Positions 1 through 9,172 of a stretch of 46,424 bases of DNA are shown here, one piece after another. The stretch is from contig JBKCUU010000059.1 in the NCBI GenBank assembly GCA_046318155.1, forward strand, positions 1 to 46,424, written 5' to 3'. The stretch is from Bdellovibrio sp. (GTDB taxonomy: Bacteria > Bdellovibrionota > Bdellovibrionia > Bdellovibrionales > Bdellovibrionaceae). The notes beneath the pieces are model-generated. The model saw nothing but the letters and a program-made list of their open reading frames with translations. It did no database searches and was not told where the DNA came from. Within the stretch, counting starts at the first letter, position 1, and each line of letters opens with the position of its first letter. Both the position numbers and the translations under genes were made by a program.

Positions 1-66
1 TCTCAATGTCGAAAGACTCACCTTGTATTTGGCTGAGTAGTTGGTCAGAGGAAGATAGGTAGTCAT
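1..66 (-). CDS. N-terminal part of a small hypothetical protein, probably helix-turn-helix DNA-binding (runs off the window)
   Basis: Not in the ORF track. ATG at 66 (-) is preceded by GGAGA and reads MTTYLPLTNYSAKYKVSLSTLR with no stop to the edge. The 'Y.VS.STLR' pattern resembles excisionase/MerR-type HTH. Confidence 0.55.
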   Translation of the reverse strand, partial: MTTYLPLTNYSAKYKVSLSTLR

Positions 67-252
67 CGGATCTCCAATTGCTTTCAAATTGATCATCCAG
101 TCGTGAGTGGTCAGAGTCAAACATGAATACCAAAAAGCCAAGGCTACACCGGTTTTCCCGGCTGAAGGTCTGGATACTCAGGACCTTTGTCGCTGTTGGT
201 CACCGGACTTTCGTTTATGTTCAGTCAAAACTTATGGGATACTCAGGATCCG

Positions 253-1461
253 ATGGGCATCAGACTACGCAAGAAGAAAAAGATCGCGCTTGTTCTTTCC
301 GGTGGAGGAATCAAGGCGGCGGCCTTTCATATTGGCGTTTGCCTCGCACTCAAGGAAAAGGGCTTTGCCTTTGCGGGCGGGGCTAAAGGCCAGGTTCGGC
401 GAAACTTCCCCGAAGATGGCCCGATGACAATCCGCCTTTATGTGGGGTCCTCAGCTGGTGCTTTCGTGAGTTCTATCTTAGCGGCGGGCTATAGTCTTGA
501 GGCACTGATCAATGCCTTTGATGTCGGGTCGGGGTCGAATCCCCGATTTCAAGATAAGAACTCGCTCGGTAATTTGAAGCCAATTCGTTATCGAGATATT
601 TTTTCAGTCAATGGCCGCGGAATTTTTGGATCGATTCCCAGTGTCTTGCTGGCAAAGTCGATGATGTCGGGGGGCGTCGAAGCCCTATTGAAAGATAAGT
701 TTAAAGTCAGTGGCTTATTCACAACCAAGGCTCTTGAAAAGTACCTGCGAAATTATGCTCTGTCTCATAATGAATTTCGTCAGTTGGGCGTTGAGCTTTT
801 CATCATCGGGACTCAACTGAACCATACCCGCAAAGTGATCTTCGGCGACTTTCCAGAGACCACAAAAACCAGCACCTTGAAGTTCGTCAACTACGCCACT
901 ATTAGTCAGGCCGTGGCGGCGTCAACGTCTCTCCCGCCGGTTTTTGCTCCTTACGGAGTCAAAGCTCCCAATGGCAAAGAGATGCATTTTTTTGATGGCG
1001 AAATTCGCGACACGCTTTCGACCCATGTGGCAGCTGATCATGGGGCTGATCTCGTCATCTCAAGTTACTCGGTTCAGCCCTATCACTACACACCCGAAAT
1101 TGGTTCGCTCAATCAATTCGGAATCCCGGTGATTCTCAATCAGGCGCTTTACCAAGTGATCGAGCAAAAGATCAATCGACACATTCAGCATATGAATGAC
1201 ACCCGGGCGATCTATAATGCCATCGATGCTTACTTTAAAGAGCATAAACTGGGTGAAGAACACCGAGCCCAAGTGCTTAAAATTTTTCGTGACCGCGTGA
1301 ATTACAAACCCAATGTCGACTACATCTATATTAATCCCAAGGCTCAGAACCATGAGATGTTCTTTGCCGATCATTTCAATTTGAATCCCTTTGTTCTTGA
1401 GCGGATTGTCCGGATCGGCTTCAGGTCCGGGATCAGCGCCCTTCGCGCCCACGACCTCTAG
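253..1461 (+). CDS. Patatin-like phospholipase
   Basis: Gly-rich LSGGGIKAA, nucleophile motif GSSAG, ASxSxPxxF and FFDGE (variant of DGG). ATG 253 with upstream AGGA is preferred over TTG 187. Confidence 0.85.
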   Translation: MGIRLRKKKKIALVLSGGGIKAAAFHIGVCLALKEKGFAFAGGAKGQVRRNFPEDGPMTIRLYVGSSAGAFVSSILAAGYSLEALINAFDVGSGSNPRFQDKNSLGNLKPIRYRDIFSVNGRGIFGSIPSVLLAKSMMSGGVEALLKDKFKVSGLFTTKALEKYLRNYALSHNEFRQLGVELFIIGTQLNHTRKVIFGDFPETTKTSTLKFVNYATISQAVAASTSLPPVFAPYGVKAPNGKEMHFFDGEIRDTLSTHVAADHGADLVISSYSVQPYHYTPEIGSLNQFGIPVILNQALYQVIEQKINRHIQHMNDTRAIYNAIDAYFKEHKLGEEHRAQVLKIFRDRVNYKPNVDYIYINPKAQNHEMFFADHFNLNPFVLERIVRIGFRSGISALRAHDL

Positions 1462-1603
1462 TCCAAAATCACTTGTTCTTTCAATACGTTGCACCGCCAC
1501 GTACTATTTATAAAATTGCACCCTGCAATGTATGGTTTTTGCGAGCTCCGTCAGCACCGAACGTTTGGAAATGGCTCGGGGGAGATTAATCTACGCACAA
1601 TCT

Positions 1604-1625
1604 TTGGCGATGTTTCCATCGCCAA
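1604..1625. other. Perfect 9-bp stem-loop between convergent patatin and nuoN genes
   Basis: TTGGCGATG-TTTC-CATCGCCAA; the loop reads GAAA on the - strand. No U-tract on either side. Confidence 0.6.
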
Positions 1626-1659
1626 TGCTCCAGGTCTGTAGGCTTTAAATAATAACGTC

Positions 1660-3132
1660 TTAAGAAAGTGTCTTTTCAATCACTTCAAAGAGCGGTCCTG
1701 AGATCAGCCCCAAGAACACAATCAAAAGGGATGAAAGCAAGATCGCCGTGCGAGTAGCAAACATTCCGCCCGCATCGTCGGCTTCGCCGTCTTTCATGTA
1801 CATGACGACGATTGGCCGCAAGTAGTAATAAACGCTGATGACCGAGTTCAAGACACCCCAGATCGCCAGCCATAAGAGGCCCTCGCCAATCGCCGCGGTA
1901 AAGAGATAAAACTTACCGAAAAAACCCAGCATGGGCGGAACGCCCGCTAAGGAGAGCATCAGCACGGTCAGGCAAAGGGCCATCAAAGGTTTTTTTCGTG
2001 CATAACCAGCCAGGCCGTCGATGCTAATTGAGTGATTTTCGTCTCGCTCCATCAAGCTGACAAGGGCAAAGGCACCCAAAGTCATGAGAGAGTAGGCAAC
2101 CAAGTAAAAGATCACGCTGGAGGCGCCAAACGCCATGTCATCGCTCACGCCCGTCGTGATCACACCGACCAGTAAGTACCCCGAGTGGGCAACGCTCGAG
2201 TAAGCCAGCATCCGTTTGAAGTTGTTTTGCAAAATAGCCGCAACGTTGCCAACGATCATTGTGATCACCGCTAGCCATTGCAAGAAATCAAAAAGATTCT
2301 CTGAGCCGACAAGGGCATTCGAGGCGATGATCCGCAAAAATGCGGCGAAAGAAACGGCCTTCACCGCCGTCGCCATAAAGGCTGTGTGCGGCGTTGGAGA
2401 TCCTTGGTAAACATCTGGAGTCCAGGCGTGAAACGGCACAATCGAAACCTTAAAGCAAAATCCAATGATGACCATTGCGATTCCAAACAAGAACAAGCGA
2501 CTGGTCGAAATCAACTCACCTGTGGAGGCGATAATCTGAGGCAGATACGTCGAGCCCACGGTTCCAAACAAAAAGGCCACGCCGTACAAAAAAAGCGCCG
2601 AAGCAAAGCCGCCCAAGATAAAATATTTAAGCGCGGCTTCTTTCGAAAGCTTTTGCTCATGTGACATTGCAATCATCATGTAGAGTGAGAGTGACATCAT
2701 CTCAAGACCAATAAACACAATCAACAAATCGACTGCCGATACCAAGATCAGCATTCCAATCACCGAGCTCAGGGCCAAGAAAATCAGTTCTGAAAACTGG
2801 TTTCCGCGAGTCGCGGGGTTGTCATACATCAAGAGCAGCGATCCCGCCGCGACGATCAAAGCCAAAAGCCCGACCGAAACAGTCAAGCCGTCCATCACCA
2901 GGGCGTTTGCAAAAGCCGTTGGGTTGGGCTGCTCGCCGCGCAAAACGAAAACGGTCAGCAGCAAGATCGCGGCGGCCAGAATTCCACCGAGTCCCTGAAT
3001 CATTGTTGCGAACGGTGGCTGCTCCACGTTTCCGCGTAAGACTTTAACCGTGATTGGAATCAAGCTTGTTAGAAATAAAGCAATCATCGGTGAAATGCTG
3101 AGCAAATCTCCAAGACCGATTGTCGTTGTCAT
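1660..3132 (-). CDS. nuoN: NADH-quinone oxidoreductase subunit N
   Basis: Polytopic membrane protein with EAALKYF, FKVSIVPFHAWTPDVYQGSP and KRMLAYSSVAH motifs; last gene of the nuo cluster. Confidence 0.96.
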   Translation of the reverse strand: MTTTIGLGDLLSISPMIALFLTSLIPITVKVLRGNVEQPPFATMIQGLGGILAAAILLLTVFVLRGEQPNPTAFANALVMDGLTVSVGLLALIVAAGSLLLMYDNPATRGNQFSELIFLALSSVIGMLILVSAVDLLIVFIGLEMMSLSLYMMIAMSHEQKLSKEAALKYFILGGFASALFLYGVAFLFGTVGSTYLPQIIASTGELISTSRLFLFGIAMVIIGFCFKVSIVPFHAWTPDVYQGSPTPHTAFMATAVKAVSFAAFLRIIASNALVGSENLFDFLQWLAVITMIVGNVAAILQNNFKRMLAYSSVAHSGYLLVGVITTGVSDDMAFGASSVIFYLVAYSLMTLGAFALVSLMERDENHSISIDGLAGYARKKPLMALCLTVLMLSLAGVPPMLGFFGKFYLFTAAIGEGLLWLAIWGVLNSVISVYYYLRPIVVMYMKDGEADDAGGMFATRTAILLSSLLIVFLGLISGPLFEVIEKTLS

Positions 3133-4661
3133 TTTGCCACCTCTTGACCAGCGTCAACCGTGAGTTCGTAGTGTGCCTGATTTTTTACAAAGTGATCGAT
3201 GCTGGCTTTTGAGTAGTCCAAGAAACTAGCTGGATAGAGTCCCATCCAGAAGACCAAAATAATCATGGGAGCCAAAACAACCATCTCCCGTACGCTCAAA
3301 TCTTTGAGTGGATGGTGCTCGTCTTTAACAAGCTCACCCTTCGGACCGAAGAACACACGCTTGAACATCCAAAGCATGTAGACGGCACCCAGCACAACAC
3401 CCGAAACAGCAAGGTAACCCCAAACGCTGTTGGCTTTAAAGGCACCAAGTAGAATCAAGAACTCGCCGACAAAACCATTTGTCATCGGAACCGCGATCGA
3501 AGACAGCGTCACGATAAAAAAGGCGATCGAAAATAGAGGAAGAACGGCAGCCAAGCCACCGTAGCGTGAAATTTCACGCGAGTGCGTTCGCTCATAAATC
3601 ATTCCGACCAACAAGAAAAGTGCCCCGGTGCTGACCCCGTGAGCGAGCATCTGGAACAAAGCTCCGGTGACGCCAAATTCGTTCAGCGCAAACAAACCAA
3701 GCAAAACGTATCCCATATGAGAAACCGAAGAATAAGCGACGAGCTTTTTGATGTCAGGCTGAACCATCGCAACTAAGGCACCATAAATGATTCCGATCAC
3801 CGCAATGAGCATGAAAAGCCAAGCATAGTGGACCGTCGCTTCAGGAAACACCGGCATCACCCAACGCATGAATCCGTAGGTTCCCATTTTGAGCATCACG
3901 CCGGCCAGAATCACCGAGCCCGGTGTGGGGGCTTCAACGTGAGCATCCGGCAACCAAGTGTGAAACGGAAACACAGGGACCTTAATTGCAAAGGCCAAAG
4001 CAAAGGCTGCAAACATCAGAGTTTGGGGAGACAACACTTGTCCCGAGATAAAAGGAATATCGAGGCGGTAAAAGTCCAAAAGACTAGCGCTCATTGTTCC
4101 AAAGGCTTCATTCGTCAAAAACATCATATAGATGATCGCGACCAGCATCAGAACAGAGCCGACCATCGTGAAGATAAAAAACTTAACGGTGGCGTAAATT
4201 CGCCGAGCACCACCCCAGATCCCGATCATGAAGTACATAGGAACAAGCGAAAGCTCCCAAAACAGGTAAAAGAAGATCGCATCCATCGCGAGAAAGGTGC
4301 CCATCATTGCGGATTGAAGAATAAAGACCGACGCCAAGAACCCGCGGACGCGGTCTTCGATCGAATTCCAAGCACCCAGCAAGACAACGGGAGTTAAGAA
4401 GGTCGTTAAAATCACAAGCCACAACGAAATCCCATCGACTCCTAAGAAGTAGCTAATTCCGAAGCGCTCGATCCAAGGGTATCGTTCAACCAGCTGTAAG
4501 CCTGCACTTGAGCGATCGAAGTAGTACAAAAGTCCCATACTCAGGGCGAATTCGATGAGAGAAAACCCCAGAGCCAAGGGCTTGAGTGTTCTTTGGTCGG
4601 GCCAAACCGCCACAACGAGGGCAAACAACATCGGTAAAAATACGATGGCACTTAATAACAT
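3129..4661 (-). CDS. nuoM: NADH-quinone oxidoreductase subunit M
   Basis: FAIKVPVFPFHTWLPDAHVEAPT, LKMGTYG and KKLVAYSSVSHMG motifs. Confidence 0.97.
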   Translation of the reverse strand: MLLSAIVFLPMLFALVVAVWPDQRTLKPLALGFSLIEFALSMGLLYYFDRSSAGLQLVERYPWIERFGISYFLGVDGISLWLVILTTFLTPVVLLGAWNSIEDRVRGFLASVFILQSAMMGTFLAMDAIFFYLFWELSLVPMYFMIGIWGGARRIYATVKFFIFTMVGSVLMLVAIIYMMFLTNEAFGTMSASLLDFYRLDIPFISGQVLSPQTLMFAAFALAFAIKVPVFPFHTWLPDAHVEAPTPGSVILAGVMLKMGTYGFMRWVMPVFPEATVHYAWLFMLIAVIGIIYGALVAMVQPDIKKLVAYSSVSHMGYVLLGLFALNEFGVTGALFQMLAHGVSTGALFLLVGMIYERTHSREISRYGGLAAVLPLFSIAFFIVTLSSIAVPMTNGFVGEFLILLGAFKANSVWGYLAVSGVVLGAVYMLWMFKRVFFGPKGELVKDEHHPLKDLSVREMVVLAPMIILVFWMGLYPASFLDYSKASIDHFVKNQAHYELTVDAGQEVAK

Positions 4662-4671
4662 GACCTTCCCC

Positions 4672-6606
4672 TTATCTCACCAGCAAGAATAACAACGCCA
4701 AGACCAATCCAAGTGAGATGTACATCGCGTAGACTTGAATATTTCCATTTTGTAATGAACGAACGAGGCTGCCGCCCCCGCGCACCACATCTGTGATCAC
4801 GTAGGTGGTTTTATCGATGAAATTAACGTCGATGTAGTACCACAGGCCTTTGCTCGCTTTCACCAATGGATTAATGATGGCCACAAAGTAGGCTTCGTCG
4901 ACAAAGTATTTGTTGTCGACGAGCTTGGAAACAGGGCCCAGTGCCTTCGCGACCTTCTCCGGCAGTTTCGGGGCCCGAACATACATTTGATACGCAATCA
5001 AAGCCGAGAATACGGCCAAAAGAACGCTCGCGCCCATCAATATCCATTCAGTCGTCACATCAAACGGAGTCATGCCAGGAATTGGTTTGATCGATTGTTG
5101 AAACCAATGTTGCAAGAAATTGCCGGGGTGACCGGGCAAAACTTCTCCAATGACGTGTGGGATTCCAATCCAACCACCCACGATGGATAGAAGTGCTAAG
5201 ACGATCAACGGAATCGACATGGTCGGAGGAGCTTCGTGTGGGTGGATTTCCTTCGGCACTCGGCTTTTTCCCCAGAACGTGAGCGCCATCAGCCTTGTCA
5301 TATAGAAGGCCGTCAAGGCCGCGCCCAAGGCGCCGACGGCCCAAAGTGTTTGGTGACCAAGGGGTGAATGAAATGCGAACGCCAGGATTTCATCTTTTGA
5401 GAAAAATCCCGCGAAGGGTGGCAAACCAATGATCGCAACCCAACCCACAAAAAATGTCCCGTGTGTGATGGGCAAATATTTTCTAAGCCCACCCATTTTG
5501 CGGATGTCTTGCTCTTCATTCATCGCATGGATCACGGATCCTGAGCCCAAGAACATGAGGGCTTTAAAAAATGCATGGGTCATTAGGTGAAACATTGCAG
5601 CGCCGAAGGCGCCAACTCCGCAAGCCAGAAACATATAGCCTAGCTGCGAGACGGTGGAGTAAGCTAAAACTTTTTTGATATCAAACTGGGTCATGCCGAT
5701 GGTCGCTGCAAAAACGACCGTCAGGGCGCCAATAATCGCAATGACCATCATTGTATTTGGCGTCGCCAAAAACAACGAGTTTAGACGCACGATCATGTAA
5801 ACGCCCGCCGTGACCATTGTCGCCGCGTGGATCAGTGCTGATACTGGAGTTGGACCCGCCATCGCATCGGGAAGCCAGACATACAAAGGAATCTGAGCCG
5901 ACTTTCCGGTCGCGCCGATGAACAAAAAAAGTGTTGCAAGCGTCAGCGGATTCATCCAGCTCCAGGTCGGATCTGCAGGAGCCAACGAGTTGATGTCAGA
6001 AAACGTCAAGGTTCCAAAAGTCAGAAATAAAATGAACATGCCAAGCAAGAAGGCCGCATCCCCTACTCGGTTCGTGACAAAAGCCTTCATCCCGGCAGCC
6101 GCCTTTTGATCGTCTGTAAACCAGAAGCCGATCAATAAATAAGAACAAAGACCGACGCCTTCCCAGCCGACAAACATCACAGGTAAACTATCGCCCAACA
6201 CCAAGATCAACATGTTGAACAAGAAGAGATTCAAATACGCGAAGTACTTCGCAGCACCCGAATCGTGGTGCATATAACCAATCGAAAACAGATGGATCAA
6301 AGAGCCCACGCCGGTAATGACCAAAATCATGATCGCGCTGATCGGATCTAAGACGAATCCTGCATTGATCTTCAAATCCGCTACCGAAATCCACTCAAAG
6401 AATTTAACACTGATTACGCGTGTTTCAGCGGGCAAACCCACTAAGTCAAAAACCAATAAAAGTGCCGAGATCAAAGACACAACAACCATCGAGGTCGCGA
6501 TAACTCCAGCCACATTCGCGCTGTGTTTTTTATAGCGAAGACCGTTGATCAAGAATCCGACAAGTGGGGCCAACAAAAGTGTGGCCATCAAGATAGGATG
6601 ATTCAT
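4672..6606 (-). CDS. nuoL: NADH-quinone oxidoreductase subunit L
   Basis: GWEGVGLCSYLLIGFW, GKSAQIPLYVWLPDAMAGPTPVSALIHAATMV and HAFFKALMFLGSGSVIH motifs. Confidence 0.97.
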   Translation of the reverse strand: MNHPILMATLLLAPLVGFLINGLRYKKHSANVAGVIATSMVVVSLISALLLVFDLVGLPAETRVISVKFFEWISVADLKINAGFVLDPISAIMILVITGVGSLIHLFSIGYMHHDSGAAKYFAYLNLFLFNMLILVLGDSLPVMFVGWEGVGLCSYLLIGFWFTDDQKAAAGMKAFVTNRVGDAAFLLGMFILFLTFGTLTFSDINSLAPADPTWSWMNPLTLATLFLFIGATGKSAQIPLYVWLPDAMAGPTPVSALIHAATMVTAGVYMIVRLNSLFLATPNTMMVIAIIGALTVVFAATIGMTQFDIKKVLAYSTVSQLGYMFLACGVGAFGAAMFHLMTHAFFKALMFLGSGSVIHAMNEEQDIRKMGGLRKYLPITHGTFFVGWVAIIGLPPFAGFFSKDEILAFAFHSPLGHQTLWAVGALGAALTAFYMTRLMALTFWGKSRVPKEIHPHEAPPTMSIPLIVLALLSIVGGWIGIPHVIGEVLPGHPGNFLQHWFQQSIKPIPGMTPFDVTTEWILMGASVLLAVFSALIAYQMYVRAPKLPEKVAKALGPVSKLVDNKYFVDEAYFVAIINPLVKASKGLWYYIDVNFIDKTTYVITDVVRGGGSLVRSLQNGNIQVYAMYISLGLVLALLFLLVR

Positions 6607-6613
6607 TCCTCAC

Positions 6614-6940
6614 TCAACCTTTCAAGTGCTCGAAGTATCGAATGTTCACTTCACGGAAGCGTTTAAAAATCGAAACCGCCAAGGCTAGACCAACTGCCGC
6701 TTCTGCCGCCGCGATGGTCATAACGAAAAACACCATGATCTGGCCCTCTTGCTGACCCATGTGCCGACTAAACGCCACAAAGCTGATATTCACGGCATTC
6801 AGCATCAGCTCGATCGACATCAACAAAACAATCGCGTTCCGGCGCAATAAAACGCCGGCCATTCCACAACAAAATAAAAGTGCCGAGAGCACCAGGTAGT
6901 GCCCAAGACCAATTTGTGTGAATAACTCAGTGCTTGGCAT
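6614..6940 (-). CDS. nuoK: NADH-quinone oxidoreductase subunit K
   Basis: [19 protein letters not shown] and [10 protein letters not shown]. Start set at ATG 6940, overlapping the nuoJ end. Confidence 0.95.
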   Translation of the reverse strand: MPSTELFTQIGLGHYLVLSALLFCCGMAGVLLRRNAIVLLMSIELMLNAVNISFVAFSRHMGQQEGQIMVFFVMTIAAAEAAVGLALAVSIFKRFREVNIRYFEHLKG

Positions 6941-7463
6941 GCGTGCCCCCTTTAGAGCGAGCCAGGGCAACGGCCCCAACTGCAACGATCAAAAGCAAAA
7001 CTCCCAAAGCCTCAAAGCCAAACAAGTATTGCGAGAAGAGCAGTTTTCCGAGCGCCTTTGTGTTGTCACCCTCAATCAGCGTTTGAATCCCCTTGTTTTC
7101 GGCCCGCATCAGTGCTGTTGCAGAAAGCGCAATGGCACCGATAATCATTCCACCCAAAAGACCAACGGCTGCAATTTTCAAGGCTCCGGTAATGGGTCCT
7201 CGAGTAAAGGCGTGAATTTCGTTCTTGAGATCGAACAGCATCAAAACCATGACAAACAGAACCATAACGGCACCGGCATAAACGATCAGCTGGACCCCCG
7301 CTAAGAAGTAGGCTCCCAGCGAAACAAAAATCGCCGCGACTCCAACCATTGTCATGACGAGAGAAAGGACCGAGTAAATGGGGTTGGCCGAAAGAATCAC
7401 TCCGAGCGAAGCCGCCACTGTTGTGAAGGCTAAAAACCAAAAAAGAAAAACATCAGGTGTCAC
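6927..7463 (-). CDS. nuoJ: NADH-quinone oxidoreductase subunit J
   Basis: [27 protein letters not shown] and [12 protein letters not shown] start with AGGAG RBS. Confidence 0.95.
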   Translation of the reverse strand: MTPDVFLFWFLAFTTVAASLGVILSANPIYSVLSLVMTMVGVAAIFVSLGAYFLAGVQLIVYAGAVMVLFVMVLMLFDLKNEIHAFTRGPITGALKIAAVGLLGGMIIGAIALSATALMRAENKGIQTLIEGDNTKALGKLLFSQYLFGFEALGVLLLIVAVGAVALARSKGGTHAKH

Positions 7464-7485
7464 AAAAGCTCCTTCTGTGCGCGCA

Positions 7486-8637
7486 TCACGTGTGCGCCAG
7501 GTAAATCAGGCCGGCTGTGATAATCGTGTTGGCAAGCGCCCAAGGGAGCATCGTTTTCCAACCCAAATCCATCAGCTGATCATAGCGAAACCGTGGCAAC
7601 GTCCATCGAACTTGAATAAAGATCCAGACAAAGATCGCCATCTTAGCCAAGAAGACCACGTGGTGGAGAAGGCCATTCACGATCGCCGCCGCGTTTCCAA
7701 CGCCCATCATGTTTTGAACATGAACCAACATTTCGTCCGGCGTGATGCCAGGAATTTGATAGCCACCAAAGAAGAACGTCACCATTAACGCCGATGCGAC
7801 CAAGACATGTCCGTACTCACCGATGAAAAACAAGTTGAATTTGAATCCACCGTACTCGACGTGAAATCCGGCAACGAGCTCGGCCTCACCTTCGGCCAAG
7901 TCAAACGGCAAGCGGTTCGATTCCGCAAAGGCGGCCGCATAAAAAATCAGAGCGGCAACCGGCTGATAAAAGATTCCCCAGTTAGGAAGCCAACCCAGAG
8001 AAAAAGTGTGTCCTTGGAACACAAAGCTCAGGGGGCCTTGCTGGGCATTCACCATGTCTGTCAGGTTAAAGGTTCCATAGAGTAAAATCACGCCGACGAT
8101 CGAAAGACCCATGGCGAGCTCGTAAGAAATTGTCTGCGAACTTGCGCGAAGTGCGCCAAGCAGGGCGTACTTGTTGCCAGAGCCCCAGCCCGCCATCAAA
8201 ATCGTGTAGGCCGCAAGCGACGACACGCCTAAAATAAAGACGATTCCAACGCCAATTTCATAACCTTGAATCAAGAACGTATAAGGGCCCCAACTCGATC
8301 CGAACATTTCGAAGGTCTCAAGCTTAATGGGCGCGCCCAAGGGAATTGCCAAGAAGGCAAGTGTCGCAGGAATCAACGCCGAAACGGGAGCTGCGTAATA
8401 AAGAAACTTAATGCCTTTTTCGGGGAAGAACTCTTCTTTCGTAAGGAACTTCACTGCATCCGCCAAAAGCTGCGTCAATCCCAAGGGTCCAATTCGGTTG
8501 GGACCAAGGCGATTTTGGATAAAGGCCGATCCGCGGCGCTCGAGCCATACCAGGATTGGGACAACTTGAACCATCATCAAGAAAATCACGATCATCTTCA
8601 GACCATTGACGATAATTTCAAATGCATCATGACCCAT
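7486..8637 (-). CDS. nuoH: NADH-quinone oxidoreductase subunit H
   Basis: ERRGSAFIQNRLGPNRIG, NRLPFDLAEGEAELVAG and RWTLPRFRYDQLM. Confidence 0.97.
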   Translation of the reverse strand: MGHDAFEIIVNGLKMIVIFLMMVQVVPILVWLERRGSAFIQNRLGPNRIGPLGLTQLLADAVKFLTKEEFFPEKGIKFLYYAAPVSALIPATLAFLAIPLGAPIKLETFEMFGSSWGPYTFLIQGYEIGVGIVFILGVSSLAAYTILMAGWGSGNKYALLGALRASSQTISYELAMGLSIVGVILLYGTFNLTDMVNAQQGPLSFVFQGHTFSLGWLPNWGIFYQPVAALIFYAAAFAESNRLPFDLAEGEAELVAGFHVEYGGFKFNLFFIGEYGHVLVASALMVTFFFGGYQIPGITPDEMLVHVQNMMGVGNAAAIVNGLLHHVVFLAKMAIFVWIFIQVRWTLPRFRYDQLMDLGWKTMLPWALANTIITAGLIYLAHT

Positions 8638-8640
8638 AAA

Positions 8641-9009
8641 TCAGTCCCACTCCAAAGCTTTTGATTTTACTTCCCAGAACAGACCAAAAATGAAGATGAG
8701 CAAAAAGACACCCATCGAAAGCAGGACATACAAGCCTTGGCCAGATGCAATTGAGTCCTTAAATGTCATCGCCCACGGGTACATAAAGATGATTTCAATA
8801 TCGAAGATGATGAATAAAATCGCGGTCAAATAAAACTTCACCGAAATTTTGGTGTCCTTCTTTTCTTGTACGGGGATCCCACACTCGTAACTTTGATATT
8901 TGACGGGGTCTGGATTTTTCTTGATGCCGAGCTTAGAGGCGAGCAGCAACATCAGACACCCAAACGCAATTAAAAACGCCGTGATAAATAGGACTCCGCC
9001 TAATGGCAC
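8641..9009 (-). CDS. nuoA: NADH-quinone oxidoreductase subunit A
   Basis: YECG, FYLTAILFIIFDIEIIFMYPWA and C-terminal ALEW. GTG 9009 follows GGGAGG; the longer ORF to 9174 runs into the mfd start. Confidence 0.94.
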   Translation of the reverse strand: MPLGGVLFITAFLIAFGCLMLLLASKLGIKKNPDPVKYQSYECGIPVQEKKDTKISVKFYLTAILFIIFDIEIIFMYPWAMTFKDSIASGQGLYVLLSMGVFLLIFIFGLFWEVKSKALEWD

Positions 9010-9172
9010 AAATGCCTCCCGCAACACGCCCATCTGGGGCGACGAATAGCGCGCAAAGCACGCGCAACATAAATGCAAAACGATAGTCCTGACAAATATA
9101 GCGAGGCTCGAATCGATTTCCAAGAAATATAAGTTGGCGAGAACCCTTAGGTTCTGGCAAAAATCGTGGTTC

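Noticed and set aside
1459..1641. Stop-codon readthrough or recoding of the patatin TAG
   Set aside because: TAG terminates several core genes here (gyrA, atpA, atpC), and a 59-codon open stretch can arise by chance.
1590..1650. c-di-GMP-I riboswitch-like fragment (gccaatgctccaggtctgtagg)
   Set aside because: It lacks the P1 and tetraloop/receptor elements on that strand, and there is no downstream gene in the same orientation.
7852..7867. Further parS-like half sites (e.g. TACTCGACGTGAAATC in nuoH; also near 21877 and 28318)
   Set aside because: Too many mismatches, and all lie within coding sequence.
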